A stretch of 32,000 bases of DNA, taken from positions 2,670,001 through 2,702,000 of the forward strand of contig NC_014148.1 of NCBI RefSeq assembly GCF_000092105.1. The letters run 5' to 3'. Below, in pieces: positions 1 to 9,832 of this stretch. The notes under the pieces are model-generated. The model ran no database searches. It was not told the DNA's origin and saw nothing but the letters and a program-made list of their open reading frames with translations. Position 1 is the stretch's first letter, and each line of letters opens with the position of its first letter. The position numbers and the translations under genes were made by a program. The stretch is from Planctopirus limnophila DSM 3776 (GTDB taxonomy: Bacteria > Planctomycetota > Planctomycetia > Planctomycetales > Planctomycetaceae).

Positions 1-1
1 C

Positions 2-310
2 TTCCCGGGATTTAACTTCCGGACGGTGATTTCGCCGGATGGCTGGGGCGCACATGCCAGCCGTGATGATGTCTCCGGCACCACTCGTCGTGATGTCACG
101 CAGTTGTATTCCTACCTCGAAATTCTCGTGCGGCCCTACAACAGCTCTGCACGCATCATCGATCTGGTGGTGCGAGGCACCATTCGCAACAAAGAAATTC
201 TTCGCAAGAACGAGTTCAATCTCCTCGATGAAGTGAACACCGAGCAACTGAAGAACGTCATCGATCAGTGGGTCGTGCAATACGCAGAACGCTATGCCGC
301 CCAGGGATAG
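2..310 (+). CDS. C-terminal end of a protein of unknown function, probably truncated by the left window edge
   Basis: This frame is open from base 2, with no stop before the listed GTG at 26, and ends at TAG 308-310. The 94-102 aa seen match no family I recognise. It could instead be a short ORF starting at GTG 26. Confidence 0.45.
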   Translation, partial: FPGFNFRTVISPDGWGAHASRDDVSGTTRRDVTQLYSYLEILVRPYNSSARIIDLVVRGTIRNKEILRKNEFNLLDEVNTEQLKNVIDQWVVQYAERYAAQG

Positions 311-399
311 ACCCGAACGTGACGCGGATCATCCCATCGGGGAGTTGAGCATCACTCGTTAAAGTTTAAATCGCTAAGTTCCAGTCCCACCGTTGTGAA

Positions 400-1071
400 A
401 TGAATGCAAGGATCGATTTCATGAGTCGCCATTCCAGCGTGACGAGAGTTCTCGAATCCGGGTTAATTGCGATTTTGCGATCAGATTCACCCGATAAGCT
501 CATTTCGCTGTGCCATGGACTGCACCGTGGTGGAATTCAAATCATTGAAATCACCATGACCGTTCCCGGAGCGCTCGATGTCATTCGCCAGCTTCATCAG
601 GAGTTGGGCTCACAGGTGCTCGTGGGAGCTGGCACCATTCTCGACCCGGAAACAGCACGACTGGCAATCCTCGCCGGTGCAGAGTTTCTGGTGACCCCCG
701 CACTGAATGTCGAAACCATCCAGTTGGCCAATCGATATGACAAGTTGATTCTCCCCGGGATTTTAACCCCCACAGAATTGGTCACAGCACTGGAAGCCGG
801 AGCGTCCATGGTCAAGCTTTTCCCGGCTGATGCCGTCGGGCCAACCTTTCTCTCAGCACTCACCAGACCATTTCCGCAGGCGATGATTGTGCCGACAGGT
901 GGGGTCACTCTCGACTCTCTCCAGGCATTTGTGAATGCAGGTGCTGCTGCCGTAGGCCTGGCCACCAGCCTGATCGATCAGAAACTTGCACAGAGTGGCG
1001 ATGCCACGGAAGCCGAGCGGAGGGCTCGCGCTTTTGTGGCAAAATATGCTGAAGTCCGCCGTAAATCCTGA
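400..1071 (+). CDS. eda: 2-dehydro-3-deoxyphosphogluconate (KDPG) / 4-hydroxy-2-oxoglutarate aldolase
   Basis: 223-aa ORF with typical Eda-family blocks: IIEITMTVPGA, GAGTILD, EFLVTP, LPGILTPTE, VKLFPA (Schiff-base lysine region) and VPTGGV. The start could also be the ATG at 421. Confidence 0.85.
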   Translation: MNARIDFMSRHSSVTRVLESGLIAILRSDSPDKLISLCHGLHRGGIQIIEITMTVPGALDVIRQLHQELGSQVLVGAGTILDPETARLAILAGAEFLVTPALNVETIQLANRYDKLILPGILTPTELVTALEAGASMVKLFPADAVGPTFLSALTRPFPQAMIVPTGGVTLDSLQAFVNAGAAAVGLATSLIDQKLAQSGDATEAERRARAFVAKYAEVRRKS

Positions 1072-1432
1072 GTGTGAAATTGATCATCGCCACCCGTAGA
1101 CACTCAGCAAATACGGCTCATTACGATACGCTAAGTCGTTCTGCAGAAATCAGATTCGACCAAACTTCGGTCTGACCGTACACAGTTTGCCAACACCCGA
1201 TGGATCGTGAGCTAGACTGCATTCGTGGTGCTGGAGAGGCTTCTCCTGGTTCTCGATCGACAATCAGGATTGCATGAAGTCGGCACCGCGAGTGAGTCGA
1301 TACAGACGAAACGAATGTAGCGGAATTAGCGGTTGTATGGCGTGAAATGCCAGTTGAACCCAATTGATGCTGCTGATCTTTCGAGGTTCGACAAGCTGAT
1401 ATTTGGTAATCCTGAGTTGAGCGAGGCCAAAA

Positions 1433-3004
1433 ATGGGCAGCTTTGTGCGAACGTGTCTGAGTCTCTGCCTGGTGGCAGGTCTGGCCACGTTTGCCTCCGC
1501 CGCGAATCCGATCGTAACGGCCAAGAACCGTTTTCGAATCCCGTTTAAGGTCGATCCTGCGGCTCTTCAGAGGATGAATGCGCAGGAACTGAGGCTGTAT
1601 GTTTCATCAGATCGGGGGGCGACCTGGAGTCTGGCCCAATCGATTAATCCGGAAATTGGCAAGTTCGAGTATCAGTCTCCCGGAGACGGCGAATTCTGGT
1701 TCTCTGTCAAAACTCTGGATGGTGATAACCAGCTTCAGCCCAATGGCCGCGTGTTTGAGCCCGGCTTGATGGTCATCGTCGATACGCGTGAACCTCGTGT
1801 CGATCTCGCACTACAGGAAGTCCAGCAGGGCAAGGTACAGCTTTCGTGGCATCTCCACGACCAGAACCTTGATCCTTCCACACTCAAGCTGGAATACTCT
1901 CAACCGGGTGTTGCCGGTTGGCAAACAGTGAGTGTCTCTCCACGCTCTGCCGGTCAAACAACCTGGTCAGTCCCGCAGGGAGGAATTGTTGCCGTTCGTG
2001 GCTCAGTTCTCGATCAAGCCGGTAATCTTGGCCGAGGAACGATTCAATCGACAGTTCGAGGCGGCGACGGTGCTGGAAAAGCAGCCATGCCTGACACTCG
2101 ACAACCGATTGCCAGCATGAATCGCGATATCTCCACGGAGACCGCCAATAACTCGATGACGGGAGCATTATCGACAGGTCCAATGATCCAGCCATCCACT
2201 GGCATGGTGGGTCGGCCAGTCTCCAGTGATGTGCAATCTCGTCCAGAAATCGTGAAGAATCCCTACACGACTGGGGCCGAAAACTTTGATGAACCTCCGG
2301 TTCAACCGACAGTCACACCGCAGCCAACTAATGCCAAAGTGGCTGGGATGGGTGCTGGAGACCCACTCTTCAAAGGCCGCATTGTTGCCACTCGCAAGTT
2401 TCAGCTGGCTTACAAGATCGACGACCTTGGGCCCTCGGGGATGAGTGCTGTTGAACTCTTTATCACACAGAACAATGGCCAGCAGTGGTACCGCTATGGT
2501 GAAGATGCCGACTTGAAGAGCCCGTTCGATGTTCAGGTTCCACAAGATGGCATCTATGGCTTTGAGATTCGAGTTCACAGTGGGGCGGGTTTATCGGCCG
2601 AGCCTCCACGAAATGGTGAAGCCCCTTCGATTCAAGTCAAAGTCGATCAGACAGCCCCCACATTAGAGCTGCTGGCTGTTGAACAAGGGCAGGGGATGCA
2701 ACAAAACCTTGTGACAATCCGCTGGCGAGTCCAGGATGCCAACCTTTCGGAAACACCCATTTCGCTCTATGGTGCCGCATCACCGGCTGGCCCGTGGAAT
2801 TTGATCAGCGACTGGCGACCAGATACAGGGAGCTTTCGCTGGGAACTTCCTCCCAATGGGCCGTCACAGGTCTTTGTCCGAGTGGTCGCCCGCGATGCGG
2901 CAGGGAACTTTGCCAAGGCCGAATCGACTCAACCCGTAGTGATTGACCTTAAGCGTCCGTCGGCACGCATCGTGGATGTGGCTCCCGGCATGCCCCGAGA
3001 TTAA
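1433..3004 (+). CDS. secreted protein of unknown function with an internally duplicated two-domain module (BNR/Asp-box-like plus Ig-like)
   Basis: ATG start. Sec-type signal peptide MGSFVRTCLSLCLVAGLATFASA. Asp-box SSDRGATW at 1604-1627. Residues 32-205 and 321-500 align with each other, separated by an S/T/P-rich linker. Confidence 0.75.
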   Translation: MGSFVRTCLSLCLVAGLATFASAANPIVTAKNRFRIPFKVDPAALQRMNAQELRLYVSSDRGATWSLAQSINPEIGKFEYQSPGDGEFWFSVKTLDGDNQLQPNGRVFEPGLMVIVDTREPRVDLALQEVQQGKVQLSWHLHDQNLDPSTLKLEYSQPGVAGWQTVSVSPRSAGQTTWSVPQGGIVAVRGSVLDQAGNLGRGTIQSTVRGGDGAGKAAMPDTRQPIASMNRDISTETANNSMTGALSTGPMIQPSTGMVGRPVSSDVQSRPEIVKNPYTTGAENFDEPPVQPTVTPQPTNAKVAGMGAGDPLFKGRIVATRKFQLAYKIDDLGPSGMSAVELFITQNNGQQWYRYGEDADLKSPFDVQVPQDGIYGFEIRVHSGAGLSAEPPRNGEAPSIQVKVDQTAPTLELLAVEQGQGMQQNLVTIRWRVQDANLSETPISLYGAASPAGPWNLISDWRPDTGSFRWELPPNGPSQVFVRVVARDAAGNFAKAESTQPVVIDLKRPSARIVDVAPGMPRD

Positions 3005-3078
3005 TCGCGTGGTTGTTGAATTCCGGTGTTTGAACGAAGATGCTTCATCGAAGCCTTCTCCTGCACAGTGGAATTCTT

Positions 3079-3708
3079 ATGCGAATCTTGATTACGGCCG
3101 GCCCCACGCGCGAATACCTCGACGACGTTCGTTACCTTTCCAATGCCAGCAGCGGCCGCATGGGTTACGCACTGGCTGAGGCGGCCATTGCCTGCGGCCA
3201 TCAGGTGATTCTTGTTACCGGCCCAGTGGGCCTTACTCCTCCCAGAAACTGCCAGGTTCATCATGTGGAAACCACTGATGAACTTCTGGGTGCATGTCGT
3301 GAAGCGTTTCCAGCATGCGATGGTGTCATTGCGACGGCTGCAGTGTGCGATTATCGGCCGCGCGAGCGATTCTCCGGGAAACTGGCCAAGACAGGCGTTT
3401 CTTTAGAACTGGAACTTGTCGAAACAGCAGACGTGCTTGCCGAACTTGGTCAGACCAAGGCTCATCGCTGGATTATGGGATTTGCTCTCGAATCTGCCGA
3501 GTTTGCCCACCAGAACGCCCTGCGCAAACTCAAAGAGAAAAACTGCGACATCATCGTCCTCAATGGGCCAACAGCCATCGGCTCCAATACCAATGACGTC
3601 GAACTCATTGCCCCATCAGGCAACGCGATCGCACAATACTCAGGCAGCAAAACAGATATTGCCGCGCGATTGATCGAATGGATTGAGGCCCATCTGAGTC
3701 GCCAGTAA
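3079..3708 (+). CDS. coaB: phosphopantothenate--cysteine ligase, a standalone CoaB domain
   Basis: MRILITAGPTREYLDDVRYLSNASSGRMGYALA, VILVTGPV, AAVCDYRP and GFALES match the CoaB half of Dfp/CoaBC. The ORF track starts at 3040, but ATG 3079 gives the canonical N-terminus. No CoaC flavoprotein domain is attached. Confidence 0.8.
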   Translation: MRILITAGPTREYLDDVRYLSNASSGRMGYALAEAAIACGHQVILVTGPVGLTPPRNCQVHHVETTDELLGACREAFPACDGVIATAAVCDYRPRERFSGKLAKTGVSLELELVETADVLAELGQTKAHRWIMGFALESAEFAHQNALRKLKEKNCDIIVLNGPTAIGSNTNDVELIAPSGNAIAQYSGSKTDIAARLIEWIEAHLSRQ

Positions 3709-3783
3709 ATCATCGCTACTCTTCCAGCGATGAAGCCGCTCGTTGATCGCCCACCAGATACGTTTGCGCTTCCCTCATCCCAG

Positions 3784-3809
3784 CCTTCTCCCGTCAGAAC
3801 GGGAGAAGG
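3784..3809 (+). terminator. 10-bp GC-rich hairpin downstream of coaB, a possible non-canonical terminator
   Basis: ccttctcccg (3784-3793), loop tcagaa, cgggagaagg (3800-3809). It is followed by an A-run rather than a T-run, so it is not a classical intrinsic terminator on either strand. Confidence 0.3.
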
Positions 3810-4062
3810 AGTAAAAAAACCTCGCCGAGTTCTTTGCGAGGAGCGTCATGATTGCAGCAGTTCATGGCACGGGTCGATAACACCGGCTCATTGGGAATAA
3901 CCGTTAAAGTACACACGAGATTCTGCCCGAGTCTGTGGCCTTCTGGCAGCATTTCTGACGGCAGGTGGTAATTTTGCATCGTAGGACTCCGTTTGAGTGT
4001 CTCTGCCAGATCGTTGAAAGACATCCGGCCCGAACCTCGAATCGAATGACGAGCCTGACGAA

Positions 4063-6651
4063 TTGCAGTTTTCAATCACCTGTTTTGCTGGAATCGCCGT
4101 GGACTTCGCTCGCCTGCGAAATGACACGATTGCTTTGGGATTGCTGGCGCTCGCCGTGTTTCTCGGCCTGAGCCTTGTCAGCTATGACCCTGCCGATGCC
4201 GCCTCTCACCTTGTGCATCCTGCTCGCGCCGTCACCCAGAATCTTTGCGGTACCTGGGGCGCAACCATCGCTTTTCAATTACTGAGCAACCTCGGCTACG
4301 GAGCATGGATTCTGCTGCTCATGCTCGTGGTGATCGATCTTCGGCTATTCACGAACAGCAGTGCTGTCGATGCCCAGACGCATATCCCTGGTTATCTGCT
4401 GGGGCTGTGTGCTGTTTGCACCATGATTCAACTGGCAATCCCCTGGAGCGGGCCCAGTCTTGCCAGTGGTGCAGGGGGCTATCTCGGAACCATTTTTGCC
4501 GACCTGCTTTCACAACACTTCACATGGATGGGTACGTTTTCGCTGCTCATTTCCATGATGGTGGCCAGCCTGTTGCTGACAGACGAATTCCGCCTCATCG
4601 GGGTGTTGGGATCCATTGCGCTTTCCGTGTTTACGATTCCAGCCAGCCTCTTCTTCCGTAGAACGAAAGTGAAGGGGGCCAAGCCAGCCAGCAGCAACTT
4701 CGCATGGTTGAATCTTCGTCTCTTTAAGGCAAAGACAACTTCCGCCAAACCAACTGCTCACACTTTAGCAACCTCGATGCAGACAACATCTGCAGTGAGT
4801 GCCGGCCCGCAGGACGTTCTCGCACGCTTGCGAGATGCGGCTAACCCCGCAGCAGACCTTAATACTTTTCCAAACGTCCATCAGGTGAGTGCACTGGCCA
4901 GCGAATCACCATCCGCCACGATCTCTGAAATCTTCCAAAAGGTTGCCGATTCAGATGATCCGATTGGATTAGCTGCCTTTGACGACCCGACGGCTGCTTC
5001 GTCGTCGCCAGCTAATTCCGTTGAATCCGCACGTGTGATCAAGGTGAACCCGCCAGTCACGTTAACACCATCAACAACGACTTCACAGAGTCCGTTGACG
5101 ACGACACCACCGACCTACAGTGTCAATCGCACCCAGCCTCAGGCCATCACAGCTTCTCAAGTCAGCTATGCCTTGCCCGAACATGCACTGCTGGAAGAGA
5201 GTGAAGCCTTCCCCTATGAACAACTCGCTCAGAAAGCCCAGATTTCGGCTGCAACTCTCGAAAAAACCTTCAAAGAGTTTGGCCTGAATGTCAAAGTCGT
5301 CGAGATCGACACAGGGCCGGTGATTACTCAGTTCGAACTGGAACTCGAGGCGGGGTTGCGTTTGTCAAAAGTGACAGCCCTTGCAGATGACCTTGCCATT
5401 GCGCTGCGTGTCCCATCGGTACGCGTCGTGGCACCCATCCCTGGCAAAAACACTGTCGGTGTCGAAGTCCCTAACGACATTCGCGTTATGGTACGCCTTA
5501 AAGAGTTGATTCAGTCTTCCCCGAAAGACTTTGAAGATAAACGGATTCCGCTCTATCTCGGCAAAGATGTCGGCGGTAAACCTCTTGTCGTTGATATGTG
5601 CAAGATGCCTCACCTGCTGATTGCGGGGCGAACAGGGACTGGAAAAAGCGTTTGTCTGAACACCTTGATTCTTTCAATCCTGATGACCCGACGGCCTGAC
5701 CAGGTTCGCATGCTGATGATCGACCCCAAAATGGTCGAACTCAGCCCCTACAACCGTATTCCGCACCTCATGCATCCCGTCATCACCGACATGAAAAAAG
5801 CGGAGGCCGTGTTAGGCTGGGCCGTCGAAAAGATGGAAGAGCGCTACGACCTCCTGGCACGCGTTGGGGTACGACATCTCGACAATTACAACAAGCTCGG
5901 AAAAGCGAATGTTCTGGATCGTCTCGAAATCGATCCCGATTCCGAAGAAGCGCAGTCGATCCCTGAATCTATGCCTTACATCGTGATTATCGCCGATGAA
6001 ATGGCCGACATGATGATGACCTCCGGTAAGGATGTCGAAGGGCACATTATTCGACTGGCACAAAAGTCGAGAGCTGTTGGTATTCATCTGGTTCTTGCCA
6101 CGCAGAAGCCGACTGTCGATGTGATCACCGGTCTGATCAAATCCAACCTGCCGGCACGCATTTCGTTCCAGGTCGCCAGTCGCATGGATAGCCGAGTGGT
6201 GCTCGATGAAAATGGTGCCGACAAGCTGTTGGGCAACGGGGATATGCTCTATATGGCTCCGGGCACCAGCACACTTTCCCGTGCTCAAGGCACCTATGTG
6301 AGCGATGAAGAAGTCAACGGAGTCATCGAGTTCTTTGAAGACATGCCCACACAGTACGATCCTGAACTTCAGAAACTGAAAGTGGCCGCTAAAGAAGGAA
6401 AAGCGTCAGCGGGCGGCCCCAGTGCCGGTGAACGTGACGATCTCTATGATCAGGCTGTGGAAGTCATCATTCGCGAAGGCCGTGGTAGTGTCTCACTGCT
6501 TCAAAGAGCGTTAGGCGTCGGATACGGTCGCGGTGCAAGGCTGATTGATTTCATGGCCGAAGATGGCATCGTCGGCGGTTACAACGGCAGCCAGGCCCGC
6601 GAAGTGATCATGACCATGGAAGAATGGGAAGATCGTCGCGTCATGAAGTAA
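4063..6651 (+). CDS. ftsK: DNA translocase FtsK/SpoIIIE
   Basis: N-terminal TM helices, then an S/T/P/A-rich linker of about 170 aa. RecA-like motor with Walker A GRTGTGKS and Walker B region YIVIIADEMAD. C-terminal gamma winged helix SVSLLQRALGVGYGRGARLIDFMAEDGIVG. The start is uncertain: TTG 4063 or GVG-less GTG 4099, which gives MDFARLRNDTIALGLL. Confidence 0.9.
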   Translation: MQFSITCFAGIAVDFARLRNDTIALGLLALAVFLGLSLVSYDPADAASHLVHPARAVTQNLCGTWGATIAFQLLSNLGYGAWILLLMLVVIDLRLFTNSSAVDAQTHIPGYLLGLCAVCTMIQLAIPWSGPSLASGAGGYLGTIFADLLSQHFTWMGTFSLLISMMVASLLLTDEFRLIGVLGSIALSVFTIPASLFFRRTKVKGAKPASSNFAWLNLRLFKAKTTSAKPTAHTLATSMQTTSAVSAGPQDVLARLRDAANPAADLNTFPNVHQVSALASESPSATISEIFQKVADSDDPIGLAAFDDPTAASSSPANSVESARVIKVNPPVTLTPSTTTSQSPLTTTPPTYSVNRTQPQAITASQVSYALPEHALLEESEAFPYEQLAQKAQISAATLEKTFKEFGLNVKVVEIDTGPVITQFELELEAGLRLSKVTALADDLAIALRVPSVRVVAPIPGKNTVGVEVPNDIRVMVRLKELIQSSPKDFEDKRIPLYLGKDVGGKPLVVDMCKMPHLLIAGRTGTGKSVCLNTLILSILMTRRPDQVRMLMIDPKMVELSPYNRIPHLMHPVITDMKKAEAVLGWAVEKMEERYDLLARVGVRHLDNYNKLGKANVLDRLEIDPDSEEAQSIPESMPYIVIIADEMADMMMTSGKDVEGHIIRLAQKSRAVGIHLVLATQKPTVDVITGLIKSNLPARISFQVASRMDSRVVLDENGADKLLGNGDMLYMAPGTSTLSRAQGTYVSDEEVNGVIEFFEDMPTQYDPELQKLKVAAKEGKASAGGPSAGERDDLYDQAVEVIIREGRGSVSLLQRALGVGYGRGARLIDFMAEDGIVGGYNGSQAREVIMTMEEWEDRRVMK

Positions 6652-6662
6652 CTTCCACAGGC

Positions 6663-6701
6663 AATCGACCCCCAAAAATCATATTTCTCCATGGGTCGAT
6701 T
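6663..6701 (+). terminator. hairpin downstream of ftsK, a possible terminator
   Basis: aatcgaccc (6663-6671) pairs with gggtcgatt (6693-6701) across a 21-nt loop, followed by T-rich tctctt. The large loop makes this a weak call. Confidence 0.25.
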
Positions 6702-6824
6702 TCTCTTGCGGAAGCACTTCATCGAACGGATGACAAATCCGTATTGCTGAATTTGGTGGTTTGCCAGACAATCAGTGGCGATTTCTGCCGATCCAGTCAC
6801 AGCGTCATTCATGGATGAACGACA

Positions 6825-7673
6825 TTGGCCAGTAGCCTCATTGGAAATCCCCCGACAGATCGAACGACGCCTATCCATTGGCTGGGATGGATGCTGCTCA
6901 CTTCTGTTCGCACAGTCGGTGATGCAGCCATTTTCACATCGACGGTCGCTTTAGGATTAGCGACACGCCGTTCTCGCAGTGCCATCCTTTGGCCCATTTT
7001 CTACGAAATCGGTTGCCGCAGCATGCCTGTGATCCTCATCACAGGAGGTTTTATTGGCATGGTGCTGGCGGTGCAATCGTTCGATCAACTCGCGGCCATC
7101 GGCTTACAATCGCGACTGGGATCGGTCGTCAATGTCTCGCTTGTCAAAGAGCTCGGGCCGGTACTCGCGGCCACAATGCTTGCTGGACGAGTCGGCAGTG
7201 CAATGGCTGCCGAGATCGGCACGATGAAAGTCACTGAGCAGATCGATGCCCTTCAGGCACTGGGTGCCAATCCGGTCATGTTCCTGGTGTGCCCTCGCTT
7301 TCTCGCCTGTGTGCTGCTCATCCCGGCATTGACACTTCTCGCCGACGGGATCGGGATGCTTTCTGGCTGGTATCTTTCCGTGCAGGTTTTAGGGATCAGC
7401 AGCCATCTCTACTGGTTCTATTCCGATTCGTACATCACATCACTGGATATCATCTCCGGGGTCATCAAAAGCATCTTCTTCGGCGGTGCCATTGCACTGG
7501 TGGCCTGCCATCGAGGATTTCATTGTTCGAGTGGAGCGGAAGGTGTCGGGCGGGCAGCCACTGAGGCCTTTGTCTGCTCGTTCATTCTGGTACTCGCCAT
7601 GGATTTCTTACTCGGCGTGTTCTTTATTCAGCTACAACATCTGTTGCCATCCCTGCGATCGCCTCTGCTTTAG
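6825..7673 (+). CDS. mlaE: MlaE-family ABC transporter permease
   Basis: [52 protein letters not shown] and [15 protein letters not shown] are the characteristic MlaE/Ttg2B blocks. A TTG start is listed, so the start is uncertain. Confidence 0.85.
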   Translation: MASSLIGNPPTDRTTPIHWLGWMLLTSVRTVGDAAIFTSTVALGLATRRSRSAILWPIFYEIGCRSMPVILITGGFIGMVLAVQSFDQLAAIGLQSRLGSVVNVSLVKELGPVLAATMLAGRVGSAMAAEIGTMKVTEQIDALQALGANPVMFLVCPRFLACVLLIPALTLLADGIGMLSGWYLSVQVLGISSHLYWFYSDSYITSLDIISGVIKSIFFGGAIALVACHRGFHCSSGAEGVGRAATEAFVCSFILVLAMDFLLGVFFIQLQHLLPSLRSPLL

Positions 7674-7703
7674 ACCTTTAGAGACTCCACTTCGCCACCA
7701 ACA

Positions 7704-8525
7704 ATGACTGAGACCTTCACTCCACCTGAAGAATCTGCGCCAATCATCGAACTGCGTGGCTGTTCGCGTGGTTTTGGTGCCATGCAGGTGCTGCGCGACA
7801 TCAGTCTGAATGTCTATCGTGGTGAAACACTCGTGCTGATTGGCGAAAGTGGTTGTGGTAAGAGCGTCACGACCAAATTGCTGGCGAACCTGCTCGAACC
7901 AAGTTCTGGCGAAGTCTTTTGGAATAGTCAGCCAGTCTCGCAGATGTCCGCTGAACAGATGCGTCGGGATCGCTTGAAACTGGGTTACCTGTTTCAAGGC
8001 GGCGCCATGTTCGACAGTCTCTCGGTCTATGAGAACGTGGTCTTCGGATTACGCGAGAACCGGAAAATGTCGGAAGCCGACATGCGGGAAATTGCCTTCA
8101 CCAGGTTGCGGGAAGTTGGTCTGCCAGCCAGTGCGGCTCAAAAGTTTCCCTCCGAGCTTTCTGGTGGTATGCGTAAGCGGGCTGCACTTGCGAGAGCCTT
8201 GGCGATGTCTCCTGAAATTATCATCTACGATGAACCAACGACGGGCCTCGACCCGATCATGAGTGACGTCATCAACGAGCTGATTCTTCAGGCTCGCAGT
8301 GCCCGCCCCGTCACCAGCATTGTCGTGACCCACGACATGACGACCGTGAAGCGGGTAGCCACTCGAGTGGTAATGCTCTTTCCTCTGGCAAGACTCCCTC
8401 AGAACGAATCGCAGATCATTTTTGAAGGGACAGCCGACCAGGCCTTTAATCATCCCGACGAACGTGTGCACGACTTTGTTCACGGAATCTCCGGGAAACG
8501 TCTGCAGGAACTCTTTGCTGCCTGA
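7704..8525 (+). CDS. mlaF: MlaF-like ABC transporter ATP-binding protein
   Basis: Walker [12 protein letters not shown] signature [15 protein letters not shown] and Walker [13 protein letters not shown]. It lies immediately downstream of mlaE. Confidence 0.85.
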   Translation: MTETFTPPEESAPIIELRGCSRGFGAMQVLRDISLNVYRGETLVLIGESGCGKSVTTKLLANLLEPSSGEVFWNSQPVSQMSAEQMRRDRLKLGYLFQGGAMFDSLSVYENVVFGLRENRKMSEADMREIAFTRLREVGLPASAAQKFPSELSGGMRKRAALARALAMSPEIIIYDEPTTGLDPIMSDVINELILQARSARPVTSIVVTHDMTTVKRVATRVVMLFPLARLPQNESQIIFEGTADQAFNHPDERVHDFVHGISGKRLQELFAA

Positions 8526-8615
8526 AACCATCAATCCGGCAGAACTGCTCTCGGCAGATTCTGCAACTTTCATTACATCAGACACGAGACAGTCGTCTGT
8601 CATGGGAGACTCGTT

Positions 8616-9782
8616 GTGTCTGAGCGTCAGTTGCAGTTTCGCGTTGGAATGATGGTGCTGGTGGCCATGGCCATCGGTGTCGGTCTGCTCGTTCGCGCGG
8701 GAAAACTGGATTCCTATTGGGATGAAGATTTCAGTATCGCCATCCAGTTTGAATCGGCCGGGGGGATTTATCCCAGTGCACCCGTCCGACTTTACGGACT
8801 GACGATTGGAAATGTTCGCGATGTCCGCCTGGATAACAAACGTCGAGGCGTGATTGTCATTGCCGAAATCGACGCCAAGCACAAACTTCCGATTGATTCC
8901 ACTGCCCAGGTGGCCGTGAGCCTTTTGGGCGAGGGGCATCTGGAAATCATTCCTGGCCTGTCGGAAGAACCACTCAAACATGGCGCAGTGATCAGTGGTC
9001 AAGCTGCTGGTGATCCCATGGCTTTGGTCGCTCGACTTGAGGCCAAGACCACCGCCACGATGGATTCCTTTGCCGCCACGAGCAAGGAATGGGGCACACT
9101 CGCCCATAACGTCAACAATCTTCTCGAAACCAAACGCGGGAACATCGATCAGGTCATCGAGCGGGCCGCCGACTCGTTGGATCAACTTTCACTGGCCATG
9201 AAATCCGCCACTGAGTTAATCCAGCAGGCCAATCGCATTGTTGGTGATCCCAAAACTCAAGCAGCACTCCAGCAGACCGCTCAATCACTCCCTCGTCTGG
9301 TTAATGATACTCGAGAGACCATTGTCGTAGCCCGCACGACGCTCGAAAGCATGCAGCAGAATCTGAAAAACCTCGAATCGGTCACCGATCCACTGGCCAA
9401 AAAAGGGAACGATATGATTGTCCGGCTCGACACCAGCCTGGCCAATCTGGATCGTCTTCTGGCCGATGCCAGTCGGTTTGTCCGGACCCTGAATACTCAG
9501 GATGGCACACTGCAGAAACTGGCGGCTGATCCCCAGCTCTACGACAACCTGAACCGTTCGGCCCAACTGGTGACAGTCCTCCTGCGCGGCATTGAACCGA
9601 TCGTTCAGGACATGCGGGAGTTCAGTGATAAAGTCGCTCGCCGCCCCGAGATTCTCGGCGTTGGTGGAGCCATTCAACCCAGCAACGGCCTGCGCGATAC
9701 CGAACTGATCGAGCAAAGTGGCGGAACAGCCCCCAAAACCCAGCAGAAATCGGTACGACCGAGTTTCCTGCCGGGAAGATAA
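8616..9782 (+). CDS. mlaD: MlaD/MCE-domain protein with a long helical C-terminal extension
   Basis: GTG start. N-terminal TM LQFRVGMMVLVAMAIGVGLLV. MCE domain (APVRLYGLTIGNVRDVRLD), followed by about 250 aa of L/A/Q-rich, helix-like sequence. Third gene of the mlaEFD cluster. Confidence 0.8.
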   Translation: MSERQLQFRVGMMVLVAMAIGVGLLVRAGKLDSYWDEDFSIAIQFESAGGIYPSAPVRLYGLTIGNVRDVRLDNKRRGVIVIAEIDAKHKLPIDSTAQVAVSLLGEGHLEIIPGLSEEPLKHGAVISGQAAGDPMALVARLEAKTTATMDSFAATSKEWGTLAHNVNNLLETKRGNIDQVIERAADSLDQLSLAMKSATELIQQANRIVGDPKTQAALQQTAQSLPRLVNDTRETIVVARTTLESMQQNLKNLESVTDPLAKKGNDMIVRLDTSLANLDRLLADASRFVRTLNTQDGTLQKLAADPQLYDNLNRSAQLVTVLLRGIEPIVQDMREFSDKVARRPEILGVGGAIQPSNGLRDTELIEQSGGTAPKTQQKSVRPSFLPGR

Positions 9783-9832
9783 GCCGCGACGATCATCGAA
9801 AGCCGCAGCATCGAGAGCTGTGACAGACGGAA

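Noticed and set aside
3794-4075. 93-aa minus-strand ORF, with overlapping 79-aa and 68-aa ORFs, in the coaB-ftsK spacer.
   Set aside because: It has no recognisable motif. Its C-terminus (FLLLLPF) is just the translation of the A/T run and hairpin at 3784-3818. It overlaps the probable ftsK start. No independent support exists.
8049-9185. 378-aa ORF antisense to mlaF/mlaD. Similar long shadow ORFs occur at 20000-20938, 14687-15661, 13005-13841, 12087-12845, 10157-10882 and 29837-30619.
   Set aside because: Each lies entirely antisense to a gene with clear family motifs. Their translations are low-complexity (R/G/H/S-rich) with no recognisable motifs. Such open frames are expected opposite GC-biased coding sequence.
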